Below, one piece after another: positions 52,337-62,355 of a DNA stretch of 64,000 nucleotides (position 1 is the stretch's first letter; every line of letters starts with the position of its first letter). The DNA comes from an uncultured SAR86 cluster bacterium. GTDB lineage: Bacteria; Pseudomonadota; Gammaproteobacteria; Magnimaribacterales; D2472. The notes beneath the pieces were generated by a model. The model worked only from the letters and a program-made list of their open reading frames with translations, searched no databases and was not told the DNA's origin. The translations under genes and the position numbers were made by a program. The DNA is taken from assembly GCA_902612915.1 (NCBI GenBank), contig CACMFH010000004.1, positions 2,570 through 66,569 of the forward strand, read 5' to 3'.

Positions 52337-54595
52337 ATGAATATATTTCATTTTGAAAAAGTCCATAAAGCTGTAACAAAAGCTACTGTTTTTGCATCTT
52401 CAGTATTTATGGCATCAGACGTCTTGTCTCAAGATGCTACTGTTGAAGAGGTTATAGTTACTGCACAAAAAAAATCTGAAAACCTTCAGAATGTGCCTAT
52501 AAGCGTTTCAACATTGTCAGCTACTGAGCTTGATAACTTAAATATTAAAGATTTTGCTGACTATGTTCTGCAACTTCCTTCAGCATCAGCTACTCAAAGA
52601 AGACCTGGCCAAGGTCAAATATTTATGAGAGGTATTTCTGACGGTGGTAACAGTAACCAGTCGCTTCAAGGACCTGCTGTTGCAATTTATTTAGATGAAT
52701 CTCCTGTAACTATGATTGGAGATAATTTAGACGTTCATGTCTATGACATCGAAAGGGTTGAAGCTCTGTCAGGACCACAAGGTACTTTGTATGGAGCAGC
52801 CTCACAGGCAGGTAATCTTAAAATAATTACTAATAAGCCATCAGGTGAGTTTGACTCAGGAGTAAATGTTTCTGTTGAATCAACTTCGGGAGGTGATGAT
52901 AGCACTATGGTAGAGGGCTTTGTGAATATTCCTTTATCAGAAAATGTTGCTATGCGTTTCGTTGGTTTTAACGATGACGATGGAGGTTATATTGACTCAG
53001 TTAGTGACTCTATAACATTCCCAGTTAGCGGGATTACAAGAACTAATGAAATGTTCATTGAGGATAATTTTAATGACGCAGTTAAAAAAGGTTACAGAGC
53101 TGCATTAAGAGTTGATCTAAATGACAGTTGGAAAATTGATGCAAACTTTATGGGTCAGGAAACAGAGACTGATGGTGTCTGGGACCATAATCCAGATAAA
53201 TTAGGCAGATACAATGTTAGCAGATTCTATGATGATACTACTCATGACGAATGGGATAGATTTTCATTAACTGTTTCTGGAGATCTAGGTTTTGCTGACT
53301 TAACATTTACTACATCATCTCTTGAAAGAGATTTTGAAGTATTAAGTGACTATTCACATTATTCTATTGATGGATTTGTTGAAGGTTATTACACATGTTA
53401 TGAATATTATTTTGGACCTTGTGTAGATCCAAGTATTCAATTTGAAAATGACACCCATCAAGAATATGACACAACTGAAATAAGATTAGCTTCTAACTCA
53501 GATGGAAGATTTAATTGGATTGTTGGTGCTTTCATGACTGAAAATGAAACAGCTTATGATTCTCAATGGCATGTTCCTGCAATCAATCCAGATGCGGCCG
53601 TTCCTGGTTCAGATGATTTATATTATCAAACTGATCAAGTTAGATATGAAGAAGAATCTGCTGTTTTTGGTGAAGTTTATCTTCAATTGAATGATAAAAC
53701 TGAACTTACATTAGGACACAGAAATTTTGACAATGAGACAACTCTTAAAGGTTTTGTTGGAACTGTCTGGTGGCCTAATTACATTTTGTATAGTTCAACT
53801 AGACCAGATAATGTTGATTCACTTTATGATGGAAGTGATAGCATTTCTAAAGTCAATATATCTTATCAAGTAAACGATGATGCAATGATTTATGCAACTG
53901 TTTCTGAAGGATATAGACCAGGTGGAACTAACAGAACAACTCAGCTTGGTGCTACATATGATGCTGACTTCTTAACCAATTATGAATTTGGTTTTAAAAC
54001 CATATTAATGGATGGAAGAATGAGACTAAATGGTGCTGTTTACTCTATGAAATGGGATGACATACAACTAGGTTGGTTTGATCCTGATATTTCATTATTA
54101 GGTTTAGTAGATAACGTTGGTGAAGCTTCAAGTATTGGTTTTGAAATTGATTCAAAAATTATCTTAACTGACAGAGTATCTGCAACTTTTGCCTTTGCAA
54201 AAAACGATGCAATATTAACAGAAGATTATGAATTAAGAGGAGCAGTTGAAGCTAGAGAAAATCAAGATTTACCTTTTACCCCAGATAAAAAAGGTAATTT
54301 TGGTTTAACAGCTGAGCTATCTGATAAATCTAGAATTGATTTCAATTACGCATTTGTTGATAAAATGTGGAATGATCTTTTCTATGATGACAGAGAGATG
54401 CAAGATTCATATGGAATTGGCAGCTTGTCATACACCATGGATGTAAGTGATCAGGCATCAATTCAAGTATATTTTGACAATGTATTTGATGAAGTTGCTG
54501 AACTTTACATAAATAGTGAAGATATAGAAAAATTAACAACTGTAAATAGACCAAGAACATTTGGAATTAAATATAGTTGGAAAATGAATAAGTAA
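52337..54595 (+). CDS. TonB-dependent receptor (TBDR 4)
   Basis: Signal peptide, TonB box VEEVIVTAQKKSENLQNVPISVS, plug motif LSGPQGTLYGAASQAG, 752 aa barrel, strong SD GGGGGG. Confidence 0.95.
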   Translation: MNIFHFEKVHKAVTKATVFASSVFMASDVLSQDATVEEVIVTAQKKSENLQNVPISVSTLSATELDNLNIKDFADYVLQLPSASATQRRPGQGQIFMRGISDGGNSNQSLQGPAVAIYLDESPVTMIGDNLDVHVYDIERVEALSGPQGTLYGAASQAGNLKIITNKPSGEFDSGVNVSVESTSGGDDSTMVEGFVNIPLSENVAMRFVGFNDDDGGYIDSVSDSITFPVSGITRTNEMFIEDNFNDAVKKGYRAALRVDLNDSWKIDANFMGQETETDGVWDHNPDKLGRYNVSRFYDDTTHDEWDRFSLTVSGDLGFADLTFTTSSLERDFEVLSDYSHYSIDGFVEGYYTCYEYYFGPCVDPSIQFENDTHQEYDTTEIRLASNSDGRFNWIVGAFMTENETAYDSQWHVPAINPDAAVPGSDDLYYQTDQVRYEEESAVFGEVYLQLNDKTELTLGHRNFDNETTLKGFVGTVWWPNYILYSSTRPDNVDSLYDGSDSISKVNISYQVNDDAMIYATVSEGYRPGGTNRTTQLGATYDADFLTNYEFGFKTILMDGRMRLNGAVYSMKWDDIQLGWFDPDISLLGLVDNVGEASSIGFEIDSKIILTDRVSATFAFAKNDAILTEDYELRGAVEARENQDLPFTPDKKGNFGLTAELSDKSRIDFNYAFVDKMWNDLFYDDREMQDSYGIGSLSYTMDVSDQASIQVYFDNVFDEVAELYINSEDIEKLTTVNRPRTFGIKYSWKMNK

Positions 54596-54613
54596 TTTTA
54601 TAAAAACTTATAT

Positions 54614-54642
54614 AAGGCTGTATCTTTGATGCAGCCTTTTTT
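54614..54642 (+). terminator. Rho-independent terminator after TBDR 4
   Basis: 11-bp stem AAGGCTGTATC / GATGCAGCCTT with one G-U pair, a 3-nt loop and a T6 run. Confidence 0.65.
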
Positions 54643-54651
54643 ATTTAAAAA

Positions 54652-56229
54652 GTGAGCTATACAAAAGACAATATTCCTAAGCAGCTAATTGAAGCAGCAA
54701 GATTTATATCAGAGGATAAATTAAAAAAAGCAGAACCAATCTTAAGAGACTATCTTAAAGATTATCCTCTAGATGTAAATGCAATGAAATTGCTTGGTGA
54801 TATAGGTGTTAAATTTAGAGCTTATAAAGATGCTGGATATCTTTTTTCAAGAGCCTTAGATCTTTCACCCGATTATGATGAAGCACGATTAAGCTATGCA
54901 AATCTTCTTTATAAGAGGCAGTTACCTTTTCAAGCATTGGAACAAATTCAAATTCTTTTAGATAAAGATAAAGACAATCCACAATATTTAACCTTGAAGG
55001 CTGTTAACTTAGCGCTTGCCAATCAGCATGATGAAGCTCTAAAAATATTTGAAATAATCATCAATGATAAAAACATTAAAAATAATCAACTGCATTTAAG
55101 TTATGGCCATACTTTAAGAGCAGTTGGTAATCTAGACAAAGCCATAGCATCATATAAAAAAGCGATCACAACAAAAACTGGCTTTGGAGAAGCTTATTGG
55201 AGTTTAGCAAATCTTAAAACATATAAATTTACAGACAAAGACATTGAAGATATCAAATCTTTATTAAAGAACGAGGATTTGAAAATCGAAGATTACTATC
55301 ATTTACTTTTTGCTCTTGGAAAGGCTCAAGAAGATAACAATCAATATGAAGAATCTATTGCAGCCTATATCAAAGGTAACACTCTTAAAAGTAAACAAGT
55401 GCCTTGGGACTCAAGGAAATTTACAAAAGAATGCGATGAGTTGATAGATTTTTTTACTGAAGACTTTTTAAGCAATAATTTAAATACCGGAGATTTAAAT
55501 TCAGATCCTATTTTTATAGTTGGATTACCAAGATCAGGTTCTACTTTATTGGAACAAATCTTATCGTCACATTCATTAGTGGAGGGGACAACAGAACTCC
55601 AAAATATTATTGCGTTATCAAGAAAAATTGCAAATAAAAAAAATTCTCAAAGTAAATCTGAATATCCATCATCACTAGCAAAAATTGATAAAGAAGAATT
55701 TCAAAAAATGGGAGCTGCGTATATCAAAAATACATTAGATCAGAGAGTGACTGATAAACCATATTTTATAGATAAGATGCCCAATAATTTTGTTCATATA
55801 GGGTTAATACATTTAATATTACCAAATGCAAAAATAATTGATGCTCGAAGAAACCCTATGGACTGTTGTTTTAGTTGTTACAAACAACTTTTTGGATCTG
55901 GTCAAGGTTTTACATACTCACAAAATAGAATTGGCAACTATTATTTAGATTATTTAAGAATAATGGAACATTGGGATAAGGTGCTTCCTGGAAAAGTTCA
56001 CAGAGTTATATATGAAGATATGATTGAAGATACTGAAAATGAGATTAAAAAACTTCTTAAATTTTGTGATCTTAAATTTGAACAAGGTTGTATTGATTTT
56101 TATAAAACTAAAAGAACGGTTAGAACTCCTAGTTCTGAACAGGTAAGACAACCAATTTATAAAAAGGGTATTGGTCAATGGAAAAATTATGAACCATGGC
56201 TTGGAGATCTCACAAAAACATTACAGTAA
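54652..56229 (+). CDS. TPR-repeat + sulfotransferase-domain protein (cytoplasmic)
   Basis: The N-terminal ~270 aa are TPR-like helical repeats. The C-terminal part has the PAPS-binding motif GLPRSGSTLLEQILSSH and DKMPNNFVHIGLIHLILPNAKIIDARRNPMDCCFS. There is no signal peptide. GTG start. Confidence 0.85.
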   Translation: MSYTKDNIPKQLIEAARFISEDKLKKAEPILRDYLKDYPLDVNAMKLLGDIGVKFRAYKDAGYLFSRALDLSPDYDEARLSYANLLYKRQLPFQALEQIQILLDKDKDNPQYLTLKAVNLALANQHDEALKIFEIIINDKNIKNNQLHLSYGHTLRAVGNLDKAIASYKKAITTKTGFGEAYWSLANLKTYKFTDKDIEDIKSLLKNEDLKIEDYYHLLFALGKAQEDNNQYEESIAAYIKGNTLKSKQVPWDSRKFTKECDELIDFFTEDFLSNNLNTGDLNSDPIFIVGLPRSGSTLLEQILSSHSLVEGTTELQNIIALSRKIANKKNSQSKSEYPSSLAKIDKEEFQKMGAAYIKNTLDQRVTDKPYFIDKMPNNFVHIGLIHLILPNAKIIDARRNPMDCCFSCYKQLFGSGQGFTYSQNRIGNYYLDYLRIMEHWDKVLPGKVHRVIYEDMIEDTENEIKKLLKFCDLKFEQGCIDFYKTKRTVRTPSSEQVRQPIYKKGIGQWKNYEPWLGDLTKTLQ

Positions 56230-56241
56230 GGAAATAATTAA

Positions 56242-56940
56242 ATGAAACAAATAATTGCAATTGGAGGCGGGGGCTTCGGAAGAGAAATCAAAGAATTAAA
56301 GATAGAAAAATATATTATTGATCAGTCTAGTAATAAAAATCCCTCAATATGCTTTATTCCTACAGCTACAGGAGATGATTCGCAATATATAGAAAATTTT
56401 TATAAAGCTTTTGATTCACTTGGCTGCAAAACATCTCATATAGACTTTTTTAAAAGAACAATAAATATTGAAAAGCATATTGAAGAACAAGACATAATTT
56501 TTGTTGGAGGCGGTAATACAAAAAGCATGTTAGCAGTTTGGAGAGAATGGAAATTAGACGAAATACTACATAAAGCATATATAAAAGGCACAATAATGAG
56601 TGGTGTTAGTGCTGGTGCTATTTGTTGGTTTGAGAAAGGTATTACTGATTCATGGAAAGATCATCAAGCTATTCTTCCATGCCTTGGTTTTGTTAAAGGA
56701 ATATGCTGTCCTCACTATGATGAGGAGCCTGAGAGGATACCATTTGTAAATCAAATTCTGAATGATGATCTTATATCAGAGTGTATAGCTGTTGAAGGTT
56801 TCTGTGCATTACATTTAGTTAATGATTTACCAAAGTACTCCATAAGTTTTGGTGACAATAAAAATTGTTTTTTAGTAAATAAAAAAAATTCTATAATATG
56901 TAATAACCAAATTAAAAATACAGAATTAATTCAATTATGA
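56242..56940 (+). CDS. Peptidase E-like (S51 family) dipeptidase
   Basis: GGGNTKSML motif and the nucleophile context GVSAGAICWF. Confidence 0.8.
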   Translation: MKQIIAIGGGGFGREIKELKIEKYIIDQSSNKNPSICFIPTATGDDSQYIENFYKAFDSLGCKTSHIDFFKRTINIEKHIEEQDIIFVGGGNTKSMLAVWREWKLDEILHKAYIKGTIMSGVSAGAICWFEKGITDSWKDHQAILPCLGFVKGICCPHYDEEPERIPFVNQILNDDLISECIAVEGFCALHLVNDLPKYSISFGDNKNCFLVNKKNSIICNNQIKNTELIQL

Positions 56941-57311
56941 AAATAGCAAATACATTATCATCGGTTCTAGGAGTTGTTTTATTATTAATAGCATTGCAAT
57001 GGATTTTTATGCCTGCATCTGCGGCTGAATCACTTGGTATGTTATATCTTGAAGGTGATGGAAGAAATACACAGATAAGAGATTTTACTGCATTCTTTTT
57101 AGCTTCATCTATTATGTGTTTTCTATCATTATCATCAAAGAAATATGAATATATATTTTGTTGTGGATTGATTTACTTGTTTGCAGGAACTTTTAATATC
57201 CTAGCAAGTATTAGTCATGATGCTCCTTTAGGTGTTTCATCTTTAATTGCAGAAATAGTGTTTACTTCAATGGCATTTACAGCAGCTTTTAGGTATAAGA
57301 ATACTTTATAA
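56937..57311 (+). CDS. Four-TM membrane protein, hypothetical
   Basis: 124 aa with four hydrophobic helices. ATGA overlap with the peptidase E-like gene. Confidence 0.6.
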   Translation: MKIANTLSSVLGVVLLLIALQWIFMPASAAESLGMLYLEGDGRNTQIRDFTAFFLASSIMCFLSLSSKKYEYIFCCGLIYLFAGTFNILASISHDAPLGVSSLIAEIVFTSMAFTAAFRYKNTL

Positions 57312-57857
57312 ATAACTTACAAAGTTATCTATATCTAAATTTGGAATTTCTTTCTTTTTTCCAATCTCGGTTCCGATGTAAAGATAACCTAGTATTTCTT
57401 GATTTTTTTCTAGGCCGAGTTCTTTTTGAATAATCTCATTAAATGCCATTTTTCCAGTTCTCCAGATACAAGAATATTCCATTGCATTTAAAGCTAGCAT
57501 AATATTTTGTGCAGCTGTTGCTGTAGATAATTTTTGCTCTATTGCAGGTACTTTTGGATGTTCTTTATATGAGTTAACTAAAATTATAATCATTGGAGCT
57601 CTGTAAGGAGCATTTTTATATTTATCTAAAACTACATCTGTTATATCTGGTATTGATTTACCATAATTTACAAATATGTCAGATAATTTGTCTAGACCTT
57701 TACCTTTGACCTCAACAAAACTACTTGTTCTTAACCATGCATGATCAGGCGCTCTTAATGCAGCCTTATATACCGTATCCATTTCATCTTTTGATGGAAA
57801 AGGCTCTGCAAGTGTTCTTGCAGAGACTCGATTTAAAATATTTTCAAGTGCATCCAT
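57306..57857 (-). CDS. NAD(P)H nitroreductase family protein (YdjA-like)
   Basis: RVSARTL N-terminal motif, 183 aa, typical nitroreductase-fold length. Confidence 0.85.
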   Translation of the reverse strand: MDALENILNRVSARTLAEPFPSKDEMDTVYKAALRAPDHAWLRTSSFVEVKGKGLDKLSDIFVNYGKSIPDITDVVLDKYKNAPYRAPMIIILVNSYKEHPKVPAIEQKLSTATAAQNIMLALNAMEYSCIWRTGKMAFNEIIQKELGLEKNQEILGYLYIGTEIGKKKEIPNLDIDNFVSYL

Positions 57858-57916
57858 TTAATTTATATTTTTATGGGTTAATATATAGGTAAGTCTTAAT
57901 TATAATAATTCAATCA

Positions 57917-58048
57917 ATGTTATACCAAATAGGAATCATACTAATTATTGTCGCTGCAGCCATAATTGTTTCTAAAAGATTTAATCAAAATAACGATTTA
58001 ATTTATGAAGATGAGATGGAAGAAGACGAGCTAAAGAAATTAGATGAT
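57917..58048 (+). CDS. Possible 43-aa single-TM protein (not in ORF track)
   Basis: MLYQIGIILIIVAAAIIVSKRFNQNNDLIYEDEMERRRAKEIR. It sits in a 200-nt gap that is otherwise unusually long for this window. Confidence 0.25.
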
Positions 58049-58056
58049 GAGATAAA

Positions 58057-59550
58057 CTAATTCTTATCTAACTCTGATTCAAGAGAATTGTAAAAATGCC
58101 TAATAGCAAACACAACAATAATCGAGAAAGGGACTCCACATATTACTACTGAAGTTTGAAGCGCAGTAAGGCCTCCTTTATATAAAAGTACAGCAGCAAT
58201 AATTCCAAGTATGACTGCCCACGTTACCCTTGAGAGAATTGGAGAATCATCATGAATACCTACATGACTTTTTGATGAGAGCATTGATGCTACAAGCGCG
58301 CCTGAATCAGATGAAGTAACAAAAAATGTCACAATTATAGTTAAAGCCAATATTGATATTAATGTAGGTATTGGATAAACATCAAATAGAGCAAATAAAG
58401 CTACTGTATAGTTATTATTCACTATCTCATTTAGTTGACTTGTTTCATTTATTACTTGATATATACCTGCATTACCAAAAATTCCCATCCACAGAAAAAC
58501 AATCAATGATGGAACAAAAAGTACCCCAATAATAAATTCTTTAATTGATCTTCCATAGGATATTCTTGCAATAAATAAAGAAACGAATGGTGCCCATGCA
58601 AACCACCATGTGTAAAAGAATAGAGTCCATCCATTTTGCCATGATGATGAGGAATATACTTCTGTCCATGTTGCTGACTCTATGAGAGTGTTTACATAAG
58701 AACCAAAATTTTGTATCAAAGCATTTAATATAAAAACGGTTGGCCCAAATATAAATATAAAAACCATTAATGATGAGGCAAGAATCATATTTATTTGAGA
58801 TAACCTCTTAATGCCTTTATCTAGTCCTAAACAAACACTTATTAAACCAATTAAAGTAATCAAAGAGATAATAATAATCTGATTAGAAAAGCTTTGAGGT
58901 ATTGAAAAAACATATTCTAATCCTGAGCTAATTTGAATTGTGCCTAATCCCAAAGAAGTTGTTACACCAAGGACAGTTGTAAGTATTGCAATAATATCTA
59001 TTGATATTGCTAATGGTTTATTATTAGAGATTTTAGGCCCTAACAAAGAACTAACTCTAAATGGAAGTTTTTTGTTATATGAAGCAAAGGCAAAGCAAAG
59101 CCCTAAAAGTGAGTATATAGCCCAACCATGCAAACCCCAATGAAGATTTGCCAAACCAATTGCTTTACCAGCATTAAATGATGTATTTCCCTCAATCATT
59201 CCTGGGTATGAATTTAAGTGCATTATTGGCTCAGCTACTCCATAAAACAACAAGCCAATGCCTAATCCTGCACTAAACAGCATAGCAATCCAATTTATGT
59301 ATGAGTAAGCAGGTTTTGCATCTATACCACCAAGCCTAATATTTTTATATTTTGTAAAAATTAGGAAAAAAGCAAATATGACAAATCCATTTGCAATTAA
59401 TATTATCATCCAGCCAAGATACTTTGATAAAAACGCCTGTAAATCAAGAAAAAATGACTGTGAGATGTCAGAATTAAGAGATACTATCGCAGTTATTAAC
59501 GATAAAAGTAATATTGAAGTTATAAACCTTGGTTTACTTAAATTATTCAT
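58057..59550 (-). CDS. BCCT-family transporter (betaine/choline/carnitine type)
   Basis: Canonical Trp box GWTLFFYTWWFAWAPFVSLFIARISYGRSIKEF, 12 TM segments. Confidence 0.9.
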   Translation of the reverse strand: MNNLSKPRFITSILLLSLITAIVSLNSDISQSFFLDLQAFLSKYLGWMIILIANGFVIFAFFLIFTKYKNIRLGGIDAKPAYSYINWIAMLFSAGLGIGLLFYGVAEPIMHLNSYPGMIEGNTSFNAGKAIGLANLHWGLHGWAIYSLLGLCFAFASYNKKLPFRVSSLLGPKISNNKPLAISIDIIAILTTVLGVTTSLGLGTIQISSGLEYVFSIPQSFSNQIIIISLITLIGLISVCLGLDKGIKRLSQINMILASSLMVFIFIFGPTVFILNALIQNFGSYVNTLIESATWTEVYSSSSWQNGWTLFFYTWWFAWAPFVSLFIARISYGRSIKEFIIGVLFVPSLIVFLWMGIFGNAGIYQVINETSQLNEIVNNNYTVALFALFDVYPIPTLISILALTIIVTFFVTSSDSGALVASMLSSKSHVGIHDDSPILSRVTWAVILGIIAAVLLYKGGLTALQTSVVICGVPFSIIVVFAIRHFYNSLESELDKN

Positions 59551-59553
59551 TAG

Positions 59554-59572
59554 AGCCTTAGATTAGCCTTAG
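59554..59572 (-). repeat. Exact 8-mer direct repeat with 11-bp register abutting the BCCT start codon
   Basis: The minus strand reads CTAAGGCT-AAT-CTAAGGCT-CTA-ATG. The proximal copy supplies an SD-like AAGG. Confidence 0.3.
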
Positions 59573-59706
59573 TGAAACATAATTAATGTCAAATTACCAC
59601 TTTGAAGCAAATATATGCAATTAATAGATATATTTCTTAACTAAATTTGTATACTTTTTAGTAATTTGTTAACCTTTATATATTAATTTCTTGATTAGGG
59701 GAAACT

Positions 59707-62265
59707 ATGTTAAAAAAATTAAACAAAATTCGGAAGGAAATAATGCCTTCTTTAATACCTGCAATATTACCATCACTATCTACTTTTGCTGTAATTAATG
59801 CATCTGTATTTAGTGGTTATATTGCTGCTCAAAATGCAACTATTGAAGAGGTCGTTGTTACTGCTCGAAAGAAATCTGAGAGCTTACAAGATGTACCTCT
59901 TTCAGTTAGCGCATTAAATGAAGAAACTTTAGAGGAGAGAGGAATCAATGTATTTGAAGATTACCTCTTGCAACTTCCGGGAGTTACTGCAGGTGGAAAT
60001 GGTCCAGGTACCAGTACTATCTACATAAGAGGTCTTGCGTCAACAACACCAAACCTTACGGTTGCAGGTGTAGCAGGTTTAGCGCCTAACGTTGCGTTTT
60101 ACCTTGATGAGCAACCTCTTGCTCAACCTGGTAGAAACTTAGATGTATATGCAGCTGATGTTGCTCGTATTGAGGTACTATCTGGACCACAAGGCACTCT
60201 TTTCGGTGCAAGCTCTCAAGCAGGTGTTGTGAGAATGATCACTAATAAACCTAAAATGGGTGTTCGTGAAAGTAATGTAGAAGTTGAAACAAGATTTATG
60301 CCAGAGGGAGATACTGGTACTAAGCTTGAATTTATGACTAATATTCCAATTGGTGATAAAACTGCATGGAGATTTGTAGGTTACAGTGATAGAAAGGGTG
60401 GATATATTGATCAAATAGCTGGAAGTTTAACTCAAGAAGAGTCAGGTAGATGGAGGCCTGCTGGCACTGTAAGAGAGAATGGACTACCAGTTGCTTCATC
60501 AAGAGGTGGTTTTTATGCCGGACAAGATAATAGTAGAGTGAACTTCATAGCAGCTCCTGCTATAGAAAAAGAAAATGCAAACCCCGTTACCTATGAAGGC
60601 TTTAGATCTTCTCTTTCTCGTGAACTCGGTGATAATTGGAATGCATTACTAACAGTTGCAGAACAATCAATCGATGCAGAGGGTGTATTCTTTGTTGATC
60701 CTACCTTAGATGATCTAGAAATTAGAAGATACAGTCCAGATGCTATATCAGATGAATATGAAAACATGAGTCTTACTCTTGAGGGCTCAATTGGCGATCT
60801 AGAAGTTGTTTATGCTGGTGCATATACAGATAGAGATTCAAATCAAATTGTTGACTATACTGATTATCTTTTTGTAGCTCAGTATTTACCATATTATATT
60901 TGTGACTATAGTGTTTCATACCCAGCATCTACTGGCGCTGTTGGAACATGTGGTGCTCCTGATCTTTATGTTGACTCAACAACTAATACAACTGTAGAGT
61001 CACATGAAATAAGAGTTAATGCTCCAATTAGTGACACTGTTAGTATTACAGCTGGTGCGTTTTTAAGTGATCTAGAGTTAACAGAATTAAACTTATTTAC
61101 ATATCCAAGTTCAGTTGAATATGGAGTAAATTATGTTCCAAACTATGCTTTAACAGACGTATCTGTTACTGGAAACATTAATAATGCTTCTGCAGGTTAT
61201 TTTTCATCTAGCCCACAAGTACTTCCGGTTGTATTCTTTAATGATATTAAAAGAACAGATGTTCAGAAAGGTATTTTTGGTGAAGCAAATATAGCTTTAT
61301 CTGATACTTCAGAATTAACAATCGGTGCTCGTTGGTATGACATTGAAGTTGACTTTGAAGGTAGTGCAAACTCAAACTTCTATAATGGAAGTAGTGATGT
61401 TCAGAGATTTGGTACTAACCTTTCAGCACAATATGCTCCAGGAAATCCAAATGGATATCCTGACAAGGCTGCTACTGATGGTGTTATAGGTAAGGTAACT
61501 TATTCTTGGAATCCAAGTGAAGATATTATGTACTATGTAACTTGGTCTGAAGGTTTTAGACCAGGATTATTGAATAGGCCTGTTGGAGCAACCAATCCAG
61601 ATGGTACATATTCAGTTAAACCGGTTGTTGAATCAGATGAAATAACCAACCTTGAATTTGGTTGGAAAGCAATCTCTGAAAATGGTCAACTAAGATTTAA
61701 TGGTAGTGCTTTCAAGGTTGATGTAGAGGGCTTACAAAGTACAATCTTTGATCCGTCAATTGTGAATTTGTTCTTCTCAGACAATGCTGCTAATGCAGAA
61801 ATATCTGGTATTGAAGGTGATTTCGTCTATTACACGAATGTAGATGGCCTATCAATTGCAGGTGCATTTTCATTTCTTGATACTGAAATAACCGAAAGCC
61901 TTGTTCCAACTAATGATGTTATCGTAGGTTCACCTTTGGCATTTGCTCCAAGGGTGCAAACTAATCTAAGAATAAGACAAGAATTTGGAATGTCTGGTGG
62001 TAATGTTGGGCATTTACAAGCTCAGTATAATTTTTCAGATGATAGTGATTCCGACATTATGGAACCTAACAGAGCTAATCAAGGCTCATATAGCTTTATT
62101 AATATCCGAGCTGGAGTTACAGCTGAAGATTATATGATAGAACTATATGTTGATAACGTAACTGACGAAAGAGCAGAAATAAGTAATACTTTTGTTTTTG
62201 ACAGACAACGTTTAGCTGTTAATAGACCAACCACTATAGGTGTGAGGGTTAAGAAAAGCTTTTAA
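59707..62265 (+). CDS. TonB-dependent receptor (TBDR 5), paralogue of TBDR 4
   Basis: TonB box IEEVVVTARKKSESLQDVPLSVS and plug motif LSGPQGTLFGASSQAG. The 852 aa barrel ends in KKSF. Confidence 0.95.
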   Translation: MLKKLNKIRKEIMPSLIPAILPSLSTFAVINASVFSGYIAAQNATIEEVVVTARKKSESLQDVPLSVSALNEETLEERGINVFEDYLLQLPGVTAGGNGPGTSTIYIRGLASTTPNLTVAGVAGLAPNVAFYLDEQPLAQPGRNLDVYAADVARIEVLSGPQGTLFGASSQAGVVRMITNKPKMGVRESNVEVETRFMPEGDTGTKLEFMTNIPIGDKTAWRFVGYSDRKGGYIDQIAGSLTQEESGRWRPAGTVRENGLPVASSRGGFYAGQDNSRVNFIAAPAIEKENANPVTYEGFRSSLSRELGDNWNALLTVAEQSIDAEGVFFVDPTLDDLEIRRYSPDAISDEYENMSLTLEGSIGDLEVVYAGAYTDRDSNQIVDYTDYLFVAQYLPYYICDYSVSYPASTGAVGTCGAPDLYVDSTTNTTVESHEIRVNAPISDTVSITAGAFLSDLELTELNLFTYPSSVEYGVNYVPNYALTDVSVTGNINNASAGYFSSSPQVLPVVFFNDIKRTDVQKGIFGEANIALSDTSELTIGARWYDIEVDFEGSANSNFYNGSSDVQRFGTNLSAQYAPGNPNGYPDKAATDGVIGKVTYSWNPSEDIMYYVTWSEGFRPGLLNRPVGATNPDGTYSVKPVVESDEITNLEFGWKAISENGQLRFNGSAFKVDVEGLQSTIFDPSIVNLFFSDNAANAEISGIEGDFVYYTNVDGLSIAGAFSFLDTEITESLVPTNDVIVGSPLAFAPRVQTNLRIRQEFGMSGGNVGHLQAQYNFSDDSDSDIMEPNRANQGSYSFINIRAGVTAEDYMIELYVDNVTDERAEISNTFVFDRQRLAVNRPTTIGVRVKKSF

Positions 62266-62284
62266 ATCTTATTAGCTACAATAT

Positions 62285-62312
62285 AAAAAGGGAGTTTTGA
62301 CTCCCTTTTTTT
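62285..62312 (+). terminator. Rho-independent terminator after TBDR 5
   Basis: Perfect 11-bp stem AAAAAGGGAGT / ACTCCCTTTTT, a 4-nt loop and a T-run. Confidence 0.7.
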
Positions 62313-62355
62313 ATAGGGAGATAAATACATTTATTTAAATTAAAATATTAAACAG

